Below are positions 41,023 to 51,874 of a stretch of DNA of 64,000 nucleotides, one piece after another (positions within the stretch are counted from its first letter, which is position 1; the number at the start of each line of letters is the position of its first letter). The notes under the pieces are model-generated. The model was not told the origin of the DNA, searched no databases, and saw only the letters and a program-made list of their open reading frames with translations. The stretch is from a virus (taxonomy: Duplodnaviria; Caudoviricetes): positions 128,001 to 192,000 of the IMG/VR virus record IMGVR_UViG_3300031867_000001, one strand, 5' to 3'. Position numbers and translations under genes: made by a program.

Positions 41023-42843
41023 TTAATCTAATATCATCAATTCCGTATCCAATGCATCAAACAATTCTGTTACACTTGGAACGTTCATCCAATTGTGCAA
41101 TAAGGAATCATAATTATGATTCTTATATGCATTGACAATTGGTCCGGTGATATCTTTCTCATGTAACCGATTCTTTGAATCTTTCCACTTGTACTCTTGA
41201 TTGAATGATAGATTGATACATTGAGATGTTCTGAATACATCATTGTTGACAACACATTTGAATTTCAATGACATTGGATCTTGGTTGCCACCCATCTTAT
41301 TGGACGGATAATATGATTTTGCATCTGCATCCAATGATCCATAAATGATATTATTGTGATTCTTGCCATTGATGATTAAACCCGTTGGTGCATTTAATGA
41401 AGGCTCGGCAACATATGCACCTTCATATGCAGTATCATATCCTTCAGGGATTAACAATCTACAAGCTTGGATATAATTCTCCTTCTCAAAGAAATACTCG
41501 CGTCTATTACGAACGATATGTGTTTCTTGGAAACACTTTGAATACTGTGTTGCAAATGTATAAGATCTTGCATATAAAGAACCACAATCATTCGTTTGTT
41601 TCTCAATTGCCAGTTGGACAACAACATCTCGAACGTTATATAGTATGAAGTTGATAAAGTCTTCATATGCAAAGTTGCGGAATGAATATTTCTTCGATGA
41701 AGATTTCTTCTTATGAATGTTTGCAACTTTTCCACCGATATAATCCAACTTCAATGAACGTTGTTCTTTCTTGGATTTACGAATTGCCGCAAAGTTTCGT
41801 TCTTGACATAAATACTGCGAATAGGTTGATGCAAAGAAGAAGTCTTTTGATGTTTTCATTGCTGCATCTTTCGACTTATCTTTCTTGAAGTATAATGTGC
41901 GGGTTTTGAATTCTTGTGGGATGAAGAATGATCTCGGATCATATCCAAGTGTCTCGATACGATTCTTAATGTAATTATCATCAAAAGGTGCATTCCATGA
42001 TAATACAAACCATGGTCGATATTTATTGATGTATTCAATAATGGTTTTCAACATATAGATTTCTTTTTCATAATCAAATATGTGTAACCGAATATCATAT
42101 CCTTCCAAGTATTGCTGGTTGTCTTTATCAAATACGGCTATTTTCTTTTTCATTTCTTCTTGATTGTTGACCAACCAATTATACGCTTTGATTTGTTTAT
42201 CCAACAATTCATGGAAAGATGGATCGAGTAAATGTCTTGGTCGAGGACCTAATACAAATACTGCACATATCTTCTGTTCTTCCAAGATTAATGTCACTGC
42301 ATTGACCGGTTGTGGTGCTTCAAAATAATTGTCCATATCCAATGATCGATCAATGACATCAACCTCAATATCCAAGAAGGACGGATGTACGTGAGAAATA
42401 TCCGTTTGATCTCCATATGTTTGAATCCACAATAATCTGAAGTACACATCTTCGGTGAAATCTGCTTTAAAGACCCATGGGCACTCACACATCTTCTTTT
42501 TGATTTCATGTGGTTTGTAGTCATACTCTTTCATTTCTTCATAAATTTGTGCCCACTCACCACCAATATTTTCCGCAATCTTTGCAGAAATCTGTGATGG
42601 TTTACAATATACTGGATAACACTTGTCTCGCAATACTTGTGCAACTTGATACTTGTGTTCTTTTGTATTTCGATATTCTTCTTTTAAGAACCAAATATCT
42701 ACAATTGGATTGATATATTTCAATTCCAATCTATTTGTAAAGGGATCCCAATAAATGACTTCGTATGTTTCTGGAGAACTGGAATATCTCACATCTACTA
42801 ACAAAGATCCTTCGGGAAATAGTTTCTTTAAGTTTATCAACAT
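41023..42843 (-). CDS. Split family B DNA polymerase, N-terminal part (3'-5' exonuclease plus motif A)
   Basis: ExoI LDIEVD, ExoII WNAPFD, ExoIII YNVRDV, YEGAYV and motif A DAKSYYPS; motifs B and C absent. Confidence 0.9.
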   Translation of the reverse strand: MLINLKKLFPEGSLLVDVRYSSSPETYEVIYWDPFTNRLELKYINPIVDIWFLKEEYRNTKEHKYQVAQVLRDKCYPVYCKPSQISAKIAENIGGEWAQIYEEMKEYDYKPHEIKKKMCECPWVFKADFTEDVYFRLLWIQTYGDQTDISHVHPSFLDIEVDVIDRSLDMDNYFEAPQPVNAVTLILEEQKICAVFVLGPRPRHLLDPSFHELLDKQIKAYNWLVNNQEEMKKKIAVFDKDNQQYLEGYDIRLHIFDYEKEIYMLKTIIEYINKYRPWFVLSWNAPFDDNYIKNRIETLGYDPRSFFIPQEFKTRTLYFKKDKSKDAAMKTSKDFFFASTYSQYLCQERNFAAIRKSKKEQRSLKLDYIGGKVANIHKKKSSSKKYSFRNFAYEDFINFILYNVRDVVVQLAIEKQTNDCGSLYARSYTFATQYSKCFQETHIVRNRREYFFEKENYIQACRLLIPEGYDTAYEGAYVAEPSLNAPTGLIINGKNHNNIIYGSLDADAKSYYPSNKMGGNQDPMSLKFKCVVNNDVFRTSQCINLSFNQEYKWKDSKNRLHEKDITGPIVNAYKNHNYDSLLHNWMNVPSVTELFDALDTELMILD

Positions 42844-42993
42844 TCACACCACCAATATCTTTATTTGAATACTTTCCCTCGTATTCCAAAATAAGTATAT
42901 GTATACAAAGTGTCAGTATTATTTTGTCAAATGTAATTTAAAATTTAAGAAATACTAAAAGATACATTTCACAGAAAAGGAGTTGTTTATCTT

Positions 42994-43425
42994 ATGATAA
43001 CAAATGCAAATGCAAACGTAGAAAAGTCTGGTGGGTTTGATATCAGTACTGGAGAGTGTAAGATCAGTATTGGTACAATTAACAAAAATTCTACGGTTTA
43101 CAACAGAGAGGAGTTCGTCCAGACATTGCAGTATAATCTTTCCGTATATCATCAGATTCTTCAGCAGATGATGTATGATCGATATGTAGAAGAACTTCCA
43201 GAGGACACAAAGAAAGAATACTTCGATAGATGTTTTAAATTCCTGATCGATTCTGGAATTTCACCTTATCAGTATTTCAATCCGTTCACCACTGATACTT
43301 CTGAAGTCACCAAGAGAATTGCATGTGATGCAATTGTCGTCTTCAATGCATTATATGATGCATTGCAGAAAGCAGAAACAACAACAACTGAACCAGTTGA
43401 TTCCGAACTTGTTGAAAATGAGTAA
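42994..43425 (+). CDS. Hypothetical protein
   Basis: AAGGAG SD; 143 aa. Confidence 0.75.
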   Translation: MITNANANVEKSGGFDISTGECKISIGTINKNSTVYNREEFVQTLQYNLSVYHQILQQMMYDRYVEELPEDTKKEYFDRCFKFLIDSGISPYQYFNPFTTDTSEVTKRIACDAIVVFNALYDALQKAETTTTEPVDSELVENE

Positions 43426-43434
43426 TATGAATGA

Positions 43435-43457
43435 TGTGGGGGCTAAACGCCCCCACA
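43435..43457. terminator. Bidirectional hairpin TGTGGGGGC...GCCCCCACA
   Basis: Between convergent genes. Confidence 0.65.
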
Positions 43458-43543
43458 ACATTATCATTTGTTTGCTTTAACATACACTACGATGCTTCAG
43501 CCCGCCTTACAGACACAATACACTACGTTACTTAACCATCGCA

Positions 43544-46399
43544 TCAATTAGAACGTCCTGGTGGTTTACCCGAATCTCCATATTTTGTATTCTTAATATT
43601 GGAAACTTCGGTCATCCATTGTTTACCAGAAACATGTCTAACGGAATTGATTGCAGATATTGTCTTGGTGGTTCCTTGAATTCGGTGTGTTAATGCAAAT
43701 TCAATTGGTATGAAATTGAATCCCTTTGTTTCGGCATTGATATCAACACCATAATCATATATGACATAATATGGTCCATAACAATAGATACCAGATCTGT
43801 TGGCATTGTTATGGGAGTCCGAAGTTCCAGATGCATAATCCCAGTCAATACCAGTTGCAGCATCAACCGGTTTATTCAAGAACTTACCAAAATCGGCAAT
43901 TGCAATACACGAGCCAGGTGTACTACCACCACATCCATGACCCATAACCAATACAAGTGTTGTGCCTCTGATATATTTAAGCTTCATATACAATCGCGAG
44001 TAAATATAAGAAGATGTCGGATCGGTATATGGAATATTGTGAATATTCGTTGGCTGTTGTGTATAAATATAAAACTGCTCTTGGAATTTAATACCCTTCG
44101 TATATGAACCATTGCTGTCATGCAAATACAATACAATGCAATCTTCAACAGATGTCATTGATAGATATTTCGCACCAAATTTCTGTGTGATGATGTTGAT
44201 GACTCCATCACATGCAATTCCCGTACCACTTGCATCGGTTATATTATACATATGCGTGTATGATGAACCATTCGTGATCCATACTCGATCATTTAATCCA
44301 AATATTAATATTGGATCAGAATATCCGGATGGAAGATCGAAATCACATATTTGAGTCCACGTATTTGCGGTTACATTATACTCGGCAACATAAACATGTT
44401 TATTGTAGTAATATGCAATTCGATTACGCGATTGAGTATCTTGTATACAGCAACCCATTGAAGAAGTGAATCTGAAACGTCGTGCCATATGTCCAATAAT
44501 ACCAGCAGTCGGATTATCGACTTCATACTGGATATACATGACAACGAATTCACTCTTGTTTCCAAGTGCTTGGAATCCAATCACACCATTGTTGGTTTCC
44601 GTATGATATGTGTCATTTAATGCGGTATCAACAGTGAATCCATTTGTTGCATTGGTGCACGAATATTGTGTTGTGGTAATATTACCAATATCATGCAGAT
44701 ATTCAGACATGTTTGTGAAATAATATGATGGATTACCAGTGGTGGTTCCAAGCATTCCAAATGTTACAATATTTTCTGCATAACAGTAGTGATTCAAAGA
44801 CTCTCGATACAGAGATGCGAATTGTGGGATTTCATATATGGAACGTTTATTCGGGAAATAAACCGTATGACCAATGACAAAATATCCAACATCATAATTC
44901 TCACAAGTTGCATCTTCGCGCGTTGTACTCTTATTGAAGTTGATAAAGAAGCGATCACCCGCATTACCAGTCAACGTAAATTCGATTGATTCACGAACGG
45001 GATTCAATGTTACATTTGTTCCAGAGATGTAATAATGTTTATTACGCAATTCCGTCGGAACATTGGAGACATCAGTGATTAATGTCCATGATGAACGATT
45101 CCAATATTCGTCGGTGGCATAGATAGTTGTATTGCCATTATTGAATTTCACAATCGAATCGTTTACATCGGGATTCACATGCAAGAAACATTCAATGATA
45201 TTTCCGGTTGTTGTATTTGTGTAATAAATCGCAATTGCACATGTTGTTCCAAATGCAGTTTCATCATATTGATGATTTGGATTATTCTGGTATTGTACTT
45301 CATTTGAATATGTCGCAGTTGATTTATTGAACAAATACGCTTTGGATACATCAATATTCGTGAATGGATAATCGGGATACGAATTGTTTCCAAATTTCGT
45401 AGCAATTGAATTTGCTGTGATATGTGAACCATATGAATCATAATTTTCACCGGGTAATATTTGAAATGGCGGTTTGATCAACACATCAACGTCTTCACGT
45501 GATCCCGTTTGAAATTGTCTTTCCAAACAGATATATCCATTTGACTTTTGTACAAATCCGTCCAAGTAACCGAGCAACTCACCAGAACCTTTGTAAATCT
45601 CATATGGTTTCATTGTCATATACACAGATGCGTTTGAGTTTGTTCCAACTTCAATGATTCTATCGACTGACAATTCACCAATGACATTGTTCCGTTTGAA
45701 AATATATCCGTCAGCATCGTCACTTCCAAATCGATCATTCACAAAGAATTCCATTGTTGTTAATGCAATATTCTTACCAGCACTCAATGCATCTGTTATC
45801 AACTTTTTGTCATATGTTAATACAAAGAATACTTGTATGTCAAGTCTTTCATTTGCATATTTGGTAAAGTTATTGATCTTATCACCTTGAAGATCATATA
45901 ACCAAGAATGCGTCCATAATTCATTAATTGCAGTACCAATACCATATTCCGTAATCGAAACATCGGTTGATGGACCACCGGACACTTGGTCATTGAATCG
46001 ACAATCCATGTATCGACAAATTACCGAGATCAACCCAGATGTGGAATCATACCACAATGGATACTTATAATGATCATTATACGTATATGGACCATTGCAT
46101 GATGATATAACCGTTGCTGCTTTATCGGTTGATGGTGAGATTAATGTTTGAGTCGTTTTGAAATTGACACTTTCATCTGTTCCTTTACCGATGTACAATG
46201 ACGTCGGGAAGTCTCTTTTATTACTGAAATATTGAGCAAATCCATAATCTGTCATTGTATTCATTCCGTATACTTCATCACCGACTTGAACATCGTTTAC
46301 GTATTTACGGAATACATATAAATTGGAAAAGGCACCGCTTGGTCGATGCCTTTTCGCAAATTCCATCATTCGTTGAAATGATTGATAATCATGGTTCAT
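43544..46399 (-). CDS. Putative tail fibre/baseplate protein
   Basis: 951 aa, beta-rich and Y/T/N/S-rich; N-terminal N.MTD.G...Y..G...I.EYGIG pattern seen in tail proteins. Confidence 0.6.
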   Translation of the reverse strand: MNHDYQSFQRMMEFAKRHRPSGAFSNLYVFRKYVNDVQVGDEVYGMNTMTDYGFAQYFSNKRDFPTSLYIGKGTDESVNFKTTQTLISPSTDKAATVISSCNGPYTYNDHYKYPLWYDSTSGLISVICRYMDCRFNDQVSGGPSTDVSITEYGIGTAINELWTHSWLYDLQGDKINNFTKYANERLDIQVFFVLTYDKKLITDALSAGKNIALTTMEFFVNDRFGSDDADGYIFKRNNVIGELSVDRIIEVGTNSNASVYMTMKPYEIYKGSGELLGYLDGFVQKSNGYICLERQFQTGSREDVDVLIKPPFQILPGENYDSYGSHITANSIATKFGNNSYPDYPFTNIDVSKAYLFNKSTATYSNEVQYQNNPNHQYDETAFGTTCAIAIYYTNTTTGNIIECFLHVNPDVNDSIVKFNNGNTTIYATDEYWNRSSWTLITDVSNVPTELRNKHYYISGTNVTLNPVRESIEFTLTGNAGDRFFINFNKSTTREDATCENYDVGYFVIGHTVYFPNKRSIYEIPQFASLYRESLNHYCYAENIVTFGMLGTTTGNPSYYFTNMSEYLHDIGNITTTQYSCTNATNGFTVDTALNDTYHTETNNGVIGFQALGNKSEFVVMYIQYEVDNPTAGIIGHMARRFRFTSSMGCCIQDTQSRNRIAYYYNKHVYVAEYNVTANTWTQICDFDLPSGYSDPILIFGLNDRVWITNGSSYTHMYNITDASGTGIACDGVINIITQKFGAKYLSMTSVEDCIVLYLHDSNGSYTKGIKFQEQFYIYTQQPTNIHNIPYTDPTSSYIYSRLYMKLKYIRGTTLVLVMGHGCGGSTPGSCIAIADFGKFLNKPVDAATGIDWDYASGTSDSHNNANRSGIYCYGPYYVIYDYGVDINAETKGFNFIPIEFALTHRIQGTTKTISAINSVRHVSGKQWMTEVSNIKNTKYGDSGKPPGRSN

Positions 46400-46406
46400 T
46401 TATGAC

Positions 46407-49400
46407 TCATCCTCCTTCTGAAAAAGTTTTTAAATCATATGCGAATTTATAATCCGACTTCTTTACATTGATACTTGCGATATGATTTGTAAATGTGGAT
46501 ACTGGATATTTCAAATATCCATCTGTGATGACTGCACATTCATCTGTTAATGCACAATACGATTCATCATATTCAATGTTTTCCGATTCACTCGCATTAT
46601 ACAAATATACCGCTTGTGTATATTTCTTACCGAGATTATATTTCAACGTACCAACATAATTCACACAGAACAAACCAGCGCCTGTTGGATCTAAATATAG
46701 ATTCTTATACACACATGGTATCTTTCTGAAATCATATGCTGATACACGAGAATCAGATCCTGGGTATTGAGTGTATGTTGATTTCAAAGAATCGGTTTTC
46801 AAATCATAAATCATAATATAATTTGATTGATAACAATTGATGATCAATGCATTGTTTTCATACATCACAGATGATGGATAATCACCAATTGGTGTGATGA
46901 CTTGTTTGTCACATGCGAGTGTTTCTTCATCATAAATATTGATCAAATTCTTTGTTGCAATATAGAACTTTCCATCATGGTAACAAACAGCCGCATATGT
47001 ACCTTGATATTGCGAAACCCATGTCGTTGTCGCAATCGTAAGATCATGTGCTTCTTTATCAAAGAAGAAAATCTTACATGGATTTGGTGATGGGATTATG
47101 AAGCATACCTTCTTTTTACCAACCGCAAAATCCGTAATCATTCCACTGTATGACGATGGGAAGTTGTGGTATGTGTAAATATTACCAATGATATCAAACA
47201 ATGCAACACGGCTTCCACATATATTGATGATGGTACGATGGTCGTCATCGTACCAATCCATCTTTGTACACCATCCAGTTGTGTTTGTGCTCATTTGATA
47301 ACTCAATATGTTCAACGTTGTTCGATCAACGGTGATGATACGACTGACTTCTCTTGATTGTGTTTGTGCACTACCACCTGCTACGGTTGGTCTCAGATAA
47401 TAATAGTTATCATCAACCAAGAAACATGCCATGCCATAATATGGCGTATCAATTAATAAATTATATCGGATTTTAGCAACTGGATGTATCTGGTTGGTAT
47501 CATAATGAAAACGTTTGATATCAAAATATGCAACACTTGCATCATTGACTTTTTCTATCGTAACACTTCCAATGTATACAGATCGTCCACTCACCGTACA
47601 TGTTGATGTATAACGGGCTGTCGTGTTTTCATCTGTCAAGTTTGGTACAATAAACGTTGGTATGGATTTGGAACCACCAATCTTTGTTGGTAGTAACCAT
47701 TGTGCCGTTTCAATTACACCCGTATCCGGATTGCGATAATCTTCCATCTCACCACGTGGTTTCACCAATGTGCCATAACACGGATTTTCGGGTTCACAAT
47801 CCAAAGATGGTGTAACTTCTTCTTTGGAATAATATCGATAAGATGTTGTTGATGATTTTCCTTGAGTCTCAACCGATGCGGCGTATATCTCACACTTCTG
47901 TTTTGTTGGTTCTGCAATGTCGACATTTGCAACAATTGTAATCAATCCATCCAATCCCTTTTCTGCAGAATACACAACAGTGAATATGGATTCATCTGCA
48001 TCATAATCAATCGCTGCAGATAATACGTTTGCTGCATCCAGATCTGTTTTATATTTTACAGACACACGATTTGGTGTTGATAATAAACCAACATGTGTAG
48101 TGGAATCTGTTTCATCATAAATATACAATGAATAGGATTCCGATAGTCCATTGTCTGATTTAAAGAACGATGTTGGGTGTACATCAAATATTTCTTTTGT
48201 TAATGTGGTTGGTTGTGGTACAATTAATTCCCACATTTGATTTGCTTGATTATATGCTTTATAACCATCATTATCACGTGCAATACATGGCTCGATGATA
48301 TAATTCGCAATGATTTTTGCCATGGATGTGAATAATGGAAGTGTGTTTCCACCAGCATCCGTTGTTGCATTGATCAATTGATATTTTTCTGGGACAAGAT
48401 ATCCAGATACAATATATGATGTTCCGGTATAAACATATCCTGAACCACCTTGTGCTCCATCGATGGTGTGTCTGGATTGGTTGTCGTATACACCTGAACC
48501 ACCATACCATCCGCCTCCACCACCAGCACAACGTTTGTATGTTGATGATTTAACAGAAGCGACACCACCATTTCCAAATGAACCTGCAACTGTTGTATTG
48601 AAATTGGTTGGTGCGGATGATTGTGTTGATGGATCATTAACACCGACATTATTTACAACAATTGAACGTGTTCCACCAGTTAATCCACCACCAGCACCTC
48701 CAGAAGCCAAACCTCCATTTCCTAATGCAGTACCGTTTGCTCCAGCACCACCAGCAACAATCAATCGATGATATAATGTATCACGAACAATTCTGATATC
48801 AGTTGCTCCTCCACCAGGAATTTGGTCTTGTGAATCATATGTCGTGGATGGTAAACCACCACCGTTATATGCCATAATCGGCATGTATTGAATTGCCGTT
48901 GTATGATCATCTACATCAAATGTTGGTGATCCATAATTCCACATGAATCCACATCCACCAACATTCACGTATATATCAACTGGATTATCAACCGTCAATA
49001 CACCTTGTGAAAATCCTCCTCTGGATGAATCGACAAACTTGACAGAACCACCATCTCCACCATAACATTGAACGGTATATTCACCTCTCTTCAATATCAT
49101 AGTTTCTTGTTCACCAACACATGGGAATTCAATCGTATCACCAGTTGAATATGTATCCGTCAATTCACATATGATGATTTCTCCTTCAACGGATTGTCCC
49201 GAACATTGGAAAACATCTGTGAAATAATACTTTGGATCTGGATTATACCCGTCTGGTTTATAAGATGATGCGGTCAATACATAACCGGAACCACCACCGC
49301 CATTGATTGGAGTTGTGTATTTTTTGGATTGCGTTTGGTATGTGAAACCACCATACCAGCCTCCTCCTCCACCACCACAACCTTCATCAATACCAACTGC

Positions 49401-50804
49401 ACCGCCACCTTCATTGCTGGCTTTCCGTACTGGCATTTTCGAATATCCTTCGGTGAATCCAAATGTCTGGTTTGCGATCAATCTACTATTTGGATCAAAC
49501 GCATCATATGTATCCATATAACCGCCATTGATGCCACCACCAATGGATGTAACATATGCGCTCGTTTTAACACATGCTCCACCACCACCAGCAACCATGA
49601 TTCTGGAATCGATGGACGGATGTAATCTTTTATAGTCAGATAATGCGGTTGGTAATACACCTTGGATGGGATCGAGCATTGGCATGTTGGATACTTTGTC
49701 ATACAAATAAATCTTCCCATCATACAGTCGAGTGGTTGGAATATAGTCACGAACAAGTGTTTCTCCTTCATATATTTTACAGCCATAAAACTTCATGAAA
49801 GATGGTTCTGTTACATTTCGGATGTTTGTACCATTACATGCTCCACCAATTGTGAATGGAACGCTGTAAGTTGGAACTGTTCCCGTAGCTCGTTCAATCT
49901 TACCAACTGATGTACCATTCAAGAACCACTCAGCTTTATTAACATCCATTACCAATTTGATTCTTTGATTCCATACAAACTCACCAACGATATTTTGGTT
50001 CGTTGTGGAATTGATTCGGAATGTTGGTTTAAATGAACTTGAAAGAACTGTGTAGAATGAAAACTCGGTATTGCCCGAAGAATTTCTGGAAGTGATTATT
50101 CCAGAACGTGCATACTTTGTAGATCTTCTGTACATCAAAACACAATCCAATTCAACACGTGTATTTTCATTTGGAATATAATCCGTTATGAAATAATTTC
50201 CATCCATTGTTGTTGCTTCATCTCGAATATTATTAAAACCAATAAAATCATAATAATCAAGCTGTTGGAAGATGTGTGTTTCATCATACACACCTGGAAC
50301 TGCATCTGCATCTTCATATTGTACAACTGGATTTGCGGGTGGAATGTATGCCGCCGTTTCTGGATCATTCGTTGGATATTCATTTGGATCATATGCCAAT
50401 AAACGAATATCCGATGCTCCACCACCTCCACCTCCAGGAATGGAGTCATTATCACGTCCAACTCCACCATGTGCTCCGCCATTAAATCCACCGACTTGAT
50501 CAAGTATGGATTTCCCATCATACTTGTAATCACGATCATTTGTCACATCAGCGCCGTTACCACCAACAACTGCATGGAATGTTTCGGTTTCATTTAATGT
50601 GATTACACCATATGAAACACCACCCATTGACAAAGCGACATTCTCATCTTCACCAAATGGTGAATAGACACCGCCTCTGCCACCTTTACAGATAAACAGA
50701 TATGTTCCAGATGGTAGTGTGAATGGCTGATCACCATTCACACATTTAAAGTCATAGATTACTTTCCACATGTTATTCTTATATACAATAATACGATCAT
50801 TCAA
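46407..50804 (-). CDS. Glycine-rich tail fibre/receptor-binding protein
   Basis: TTG start after AGGAG. Two Gly-rich domains (GGGASDIR / GGGATDIR, GGGGGWYGG, GGSGYV), an inserted ConA/LamG-like segment and a C-terminal propeller-like region. Confidence 0.75.
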   Translation of the reverse strand: MNDRIIVYKNNMWKVIYDFKCVNGDQPFTLPSGTYLFICKGGRGGVYSPFGEDENVALSMGGVSYGVITLNETETFHAVVGGNGADVTNDRDYKYDGKSILDQVGGFNGGAHGGVGRDNDSIPGGGGGGASDIRLLAYDPNEYPTNDPETAAYIPPANPVVQYEDADAVPGVYDETHIFQQLDYYDFIGFNNIRDEATTMDGNYFITDYIPNENTRVELDCVLMYRRSTKYARSGIITSRNSSGNTEFSFYTVLSSSFKPTFRINSTTNQNIVGEFVWNQRIKLVMDVNKAEWFLNGTSVGKIERATGTVPTYSVPFTIGGACNGTNIRNVTEPSFMKFYGCKIYEGETLVRDYIPTTRLYDGKIYLYDKVSNMPMLDPIQGVLPTALSDYKRLHPSIDSRIMVAGGGGACVKTSAYVTSIGGGINGGYMDTYDAFDPNSRLIANQTFGFTEGYSKMPVRKASNEGGGAVGIDEGCGGGGGGWYGGFTYQTQSKKYTTPINGGGGSGYVLTASSYKPDGYNPDPKYYFTDVFQCSGQSVEGEIIICELTDTYSTGDTIEFPCVGEQETMILKRGEYTVQCYGGDGGSVKFVDSSRGGFSQGVLTVDNPVDIYVNVGGCGFMWNYGSPTFDVDDHTTAIQYMPIMAYNGGGLPSTTYDSQDQIPGGGATDIRIVRDTLYHRLIVAGGAGANGTALGNGGLASGGAGGGLTGGTRSIVVNNVGVNDPSTQSSAPTNFNTTVAGSFGNGGVASVKSSTYKRCAGGGGGWYGGSGVYDNQSRHTIDGAQGGSGYVYTGTSYIVSGYLVPEKYQLINATTDAGGNTLPLFTSMAKIIANYIIEPCIARDNDGYKAYNQANQMWELIVPQPTTLTKEIFDVHPTSFFKSDNGLSESYSLYIYDETDSTTHVGLLSTPNRVSVKYKTDLDAANVLSAAIDYDADESIFTVVYSAEKGLDGLITIVANVDIAEPTKQKCEIYAASVETQGKSSTTSYRYYSKEEVTPSLDCEPENPCYGTLVKPRGEMEDYRNPDTGVIETAQWLLPTKIGGSKSIPTFIVPNLTDENTTARYTSTCTVSGRSVYIGSVTIEKVNDASVAYFDIKRFHYDTNQIHPVAKIRYNLLIDTPYYGMACFLVDDNYYYLRPTVAGGSAQTQSREVSRIITVDRTTLNILSYQMSTNTTGWCTKMDWYDDDHRTIINICGSRVALFDIIGNIYTYHNFPSSYSGMITDFAVGKKKVCFIIPSPNPCKIFFFDKEAHDLTIATTTWVSQYQGTYAAVCYHDGKFYIATKNLINIYDEETLACDKQVITPIGDYPSSVMYENNALIINCYQSNYIMIYDLKTDSLKSTYTQYPGSDSRVSAYDFRKIPCVYKNLYLDPTGAGLFCVNYVGTLKYNLGKKYTQAVYLYNASESENIEYDESYCALTDECAVITDGYLKYPVSTFTNHIASINVKKSDYKFAYDLKTFSEGG

Positions 50805-50861
50805 ATTAATCACACTCCTTATTGTCTCATATATGATATAAGACAAAACGTTACAATTTTG

Positions 50862-50883
50862 TGACGGGGCATATGCCCCGTCA
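50862..50883. terminator. Perfect palindrome TGACGGGGCATATGCCCCGTCA
   Basis: 3' of the 50893 gene. Confidence 0.75.
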
Positions 50884-50892
50884 ACATGTAAA

Positions 50893-51300
50893 TTACTCTT
50901 GTGATGAAGGTGTATATGGAGTATCGGATGCACTGTAAATAGCAACCAATGTATCGTCTGGAATAACATTGAGTTGTCGTTGTGTTGGATCTCCATTGAA
51001 TGTAATGACTTGAGATTCAAAGCCAACAACTTTCAAGTTACCATTCTGACAATCCTCTTCAACTGTACGAGACATGTATTCTCTGATGGCTCTGTATACT
51101 GTCTCAGTTGCAGTGTCAACCAACAATGCATTTCTCTTGTACAACTTATTCGATTCATAATCGGCAATAGAAGCATTACCACTTCCACCGCCCAATTCCA
51201 ATTGCTCCAACTTTTCAGTCAATTGTGCCAACAACTCTTGTTGTGTTGCAATTGTTTGAAACAATGTTTGGAAAATCTGATCATCAAACTGTTGAGGCAT
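50893..51300 (-). CDS. Hypothetical virion-associated protein (coiled coil plus small beta domain)
   Basis: AAGGAGGGAG SD; starts MPQQFDD. Confidence 0.75.
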   Translation of the reverse strand: MPQQFDDQIFQTLFQTIATQQELLAQLTEKLEQLELGGGSGNASIADYESNKLYKRNALLVDTATETVYRAIREYMSRTVEEDCQNGNLKVVGFESQVITFNGDPTQRQLNVIPDDTLVAIYSASDTPYTPSSQE

Positions 51301-51325
51301 TTGTAACTCCCTCCTTTATAAAAAA

Positions 51326-51529
51326 TTAACCTTGCTGTTGTTCCAACCAATAATCTACTCGTGCATTAATTCTTGTTAATAATGAATTAATCGTTCCAAG
51401 CTGTTCAATCGTTGGTTGTAACTCTGTATTCAATTTTTTGATTACAAACGCCCATGTGATAACATTTGCAATATCTCCATCTGGTAATTCAAATGACAAC
51501 GGTTTTGTATCATCAAACTGTTGTGGCAT
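51326..51529 (-). CDS. Small hypothetical protein
   Basis: GAGAGG SD; also starts MPQQFDD. Confidence 0.7.
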   Translation of the reverse strand: MPQQFDDTKPLSFELPDGDIANVITWAFVIKKLNTELQPTIEQLGTINSLLTRINARVDYWLEQQQG

Positions 51530-51557
51530 ATTGAACACCTCTCTTTCTTCTATAATA

Positions 51558-51570
51558 TTAATGATTCGTT
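51558..51570 (-). promoter_or_regulatory. Putative late promoter AACG-AATCAT-TAA
   Basis: Identical to 14896-14908 and likewise placed directly after a terminator. Confidence 0.55.
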
Positions 51571-51582
51571 TTTACAACAAAA

Positions 51583-51610
51583 AAGAACCCCACGTGATTG
51601 TGGGGTTCTT
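51583..51610 (-). terminator. Intrinsic terminator AAGAACCCCAC...GTGGGGTTCTT
   Basis: Hairpin plus U-tract on the minus strand. Confidence 0.75.
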
Positions 51611-51635
51611 CGGGAATCGCAAGGTTGAACGGTTG

Positions 51636-51842
51636 TTAATCTGGGAGCTTGATAAACAACTCCGAGTATTTAACAGCCCAGCATGCAAAGGCTGTCATAA
51701 CGATGAACCCGAAAGTCCATCCGATTGCTGGGCAATACTCAGGGTCTCCCAGCTTGTACAGAACATAGATGACAGTCGGGATGTGGATGGTCATAACCAT
51801 CCGAGCGATAGCTATGCGCAGTTTTCTAATTTTGTTTTTCAT
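51636..51842 (-). CDS. Small 2-TM membrane protein
   Basis: AAGGAGAGG SD, MKNKIRKL start, two hydrophobic helices. Confidence 0.7.
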   Translation of the reverse strand: MKNKIRKLRIAIARMVMTIHIPTVIYVLYKLGDPEYCPAIGWTFGFIVMTAFACWAVKYSELFIKLPD

Positions 51843-51874
51843 AATGAACCTCTCCTTTTTTACTTTATAAATAA

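Noticed and set aside
46407-50804. Diversity-generating retroelement target
   Set aside because: No TR/VR near-identical pair with adenine-specific mismatches and no RT seen.
50805-51029. N-terminal extension of the 1540-aa ORF
   Set aside because: It crosses a terminator and overlaps the 50893 gene; the SD supports the TTG at 50804.
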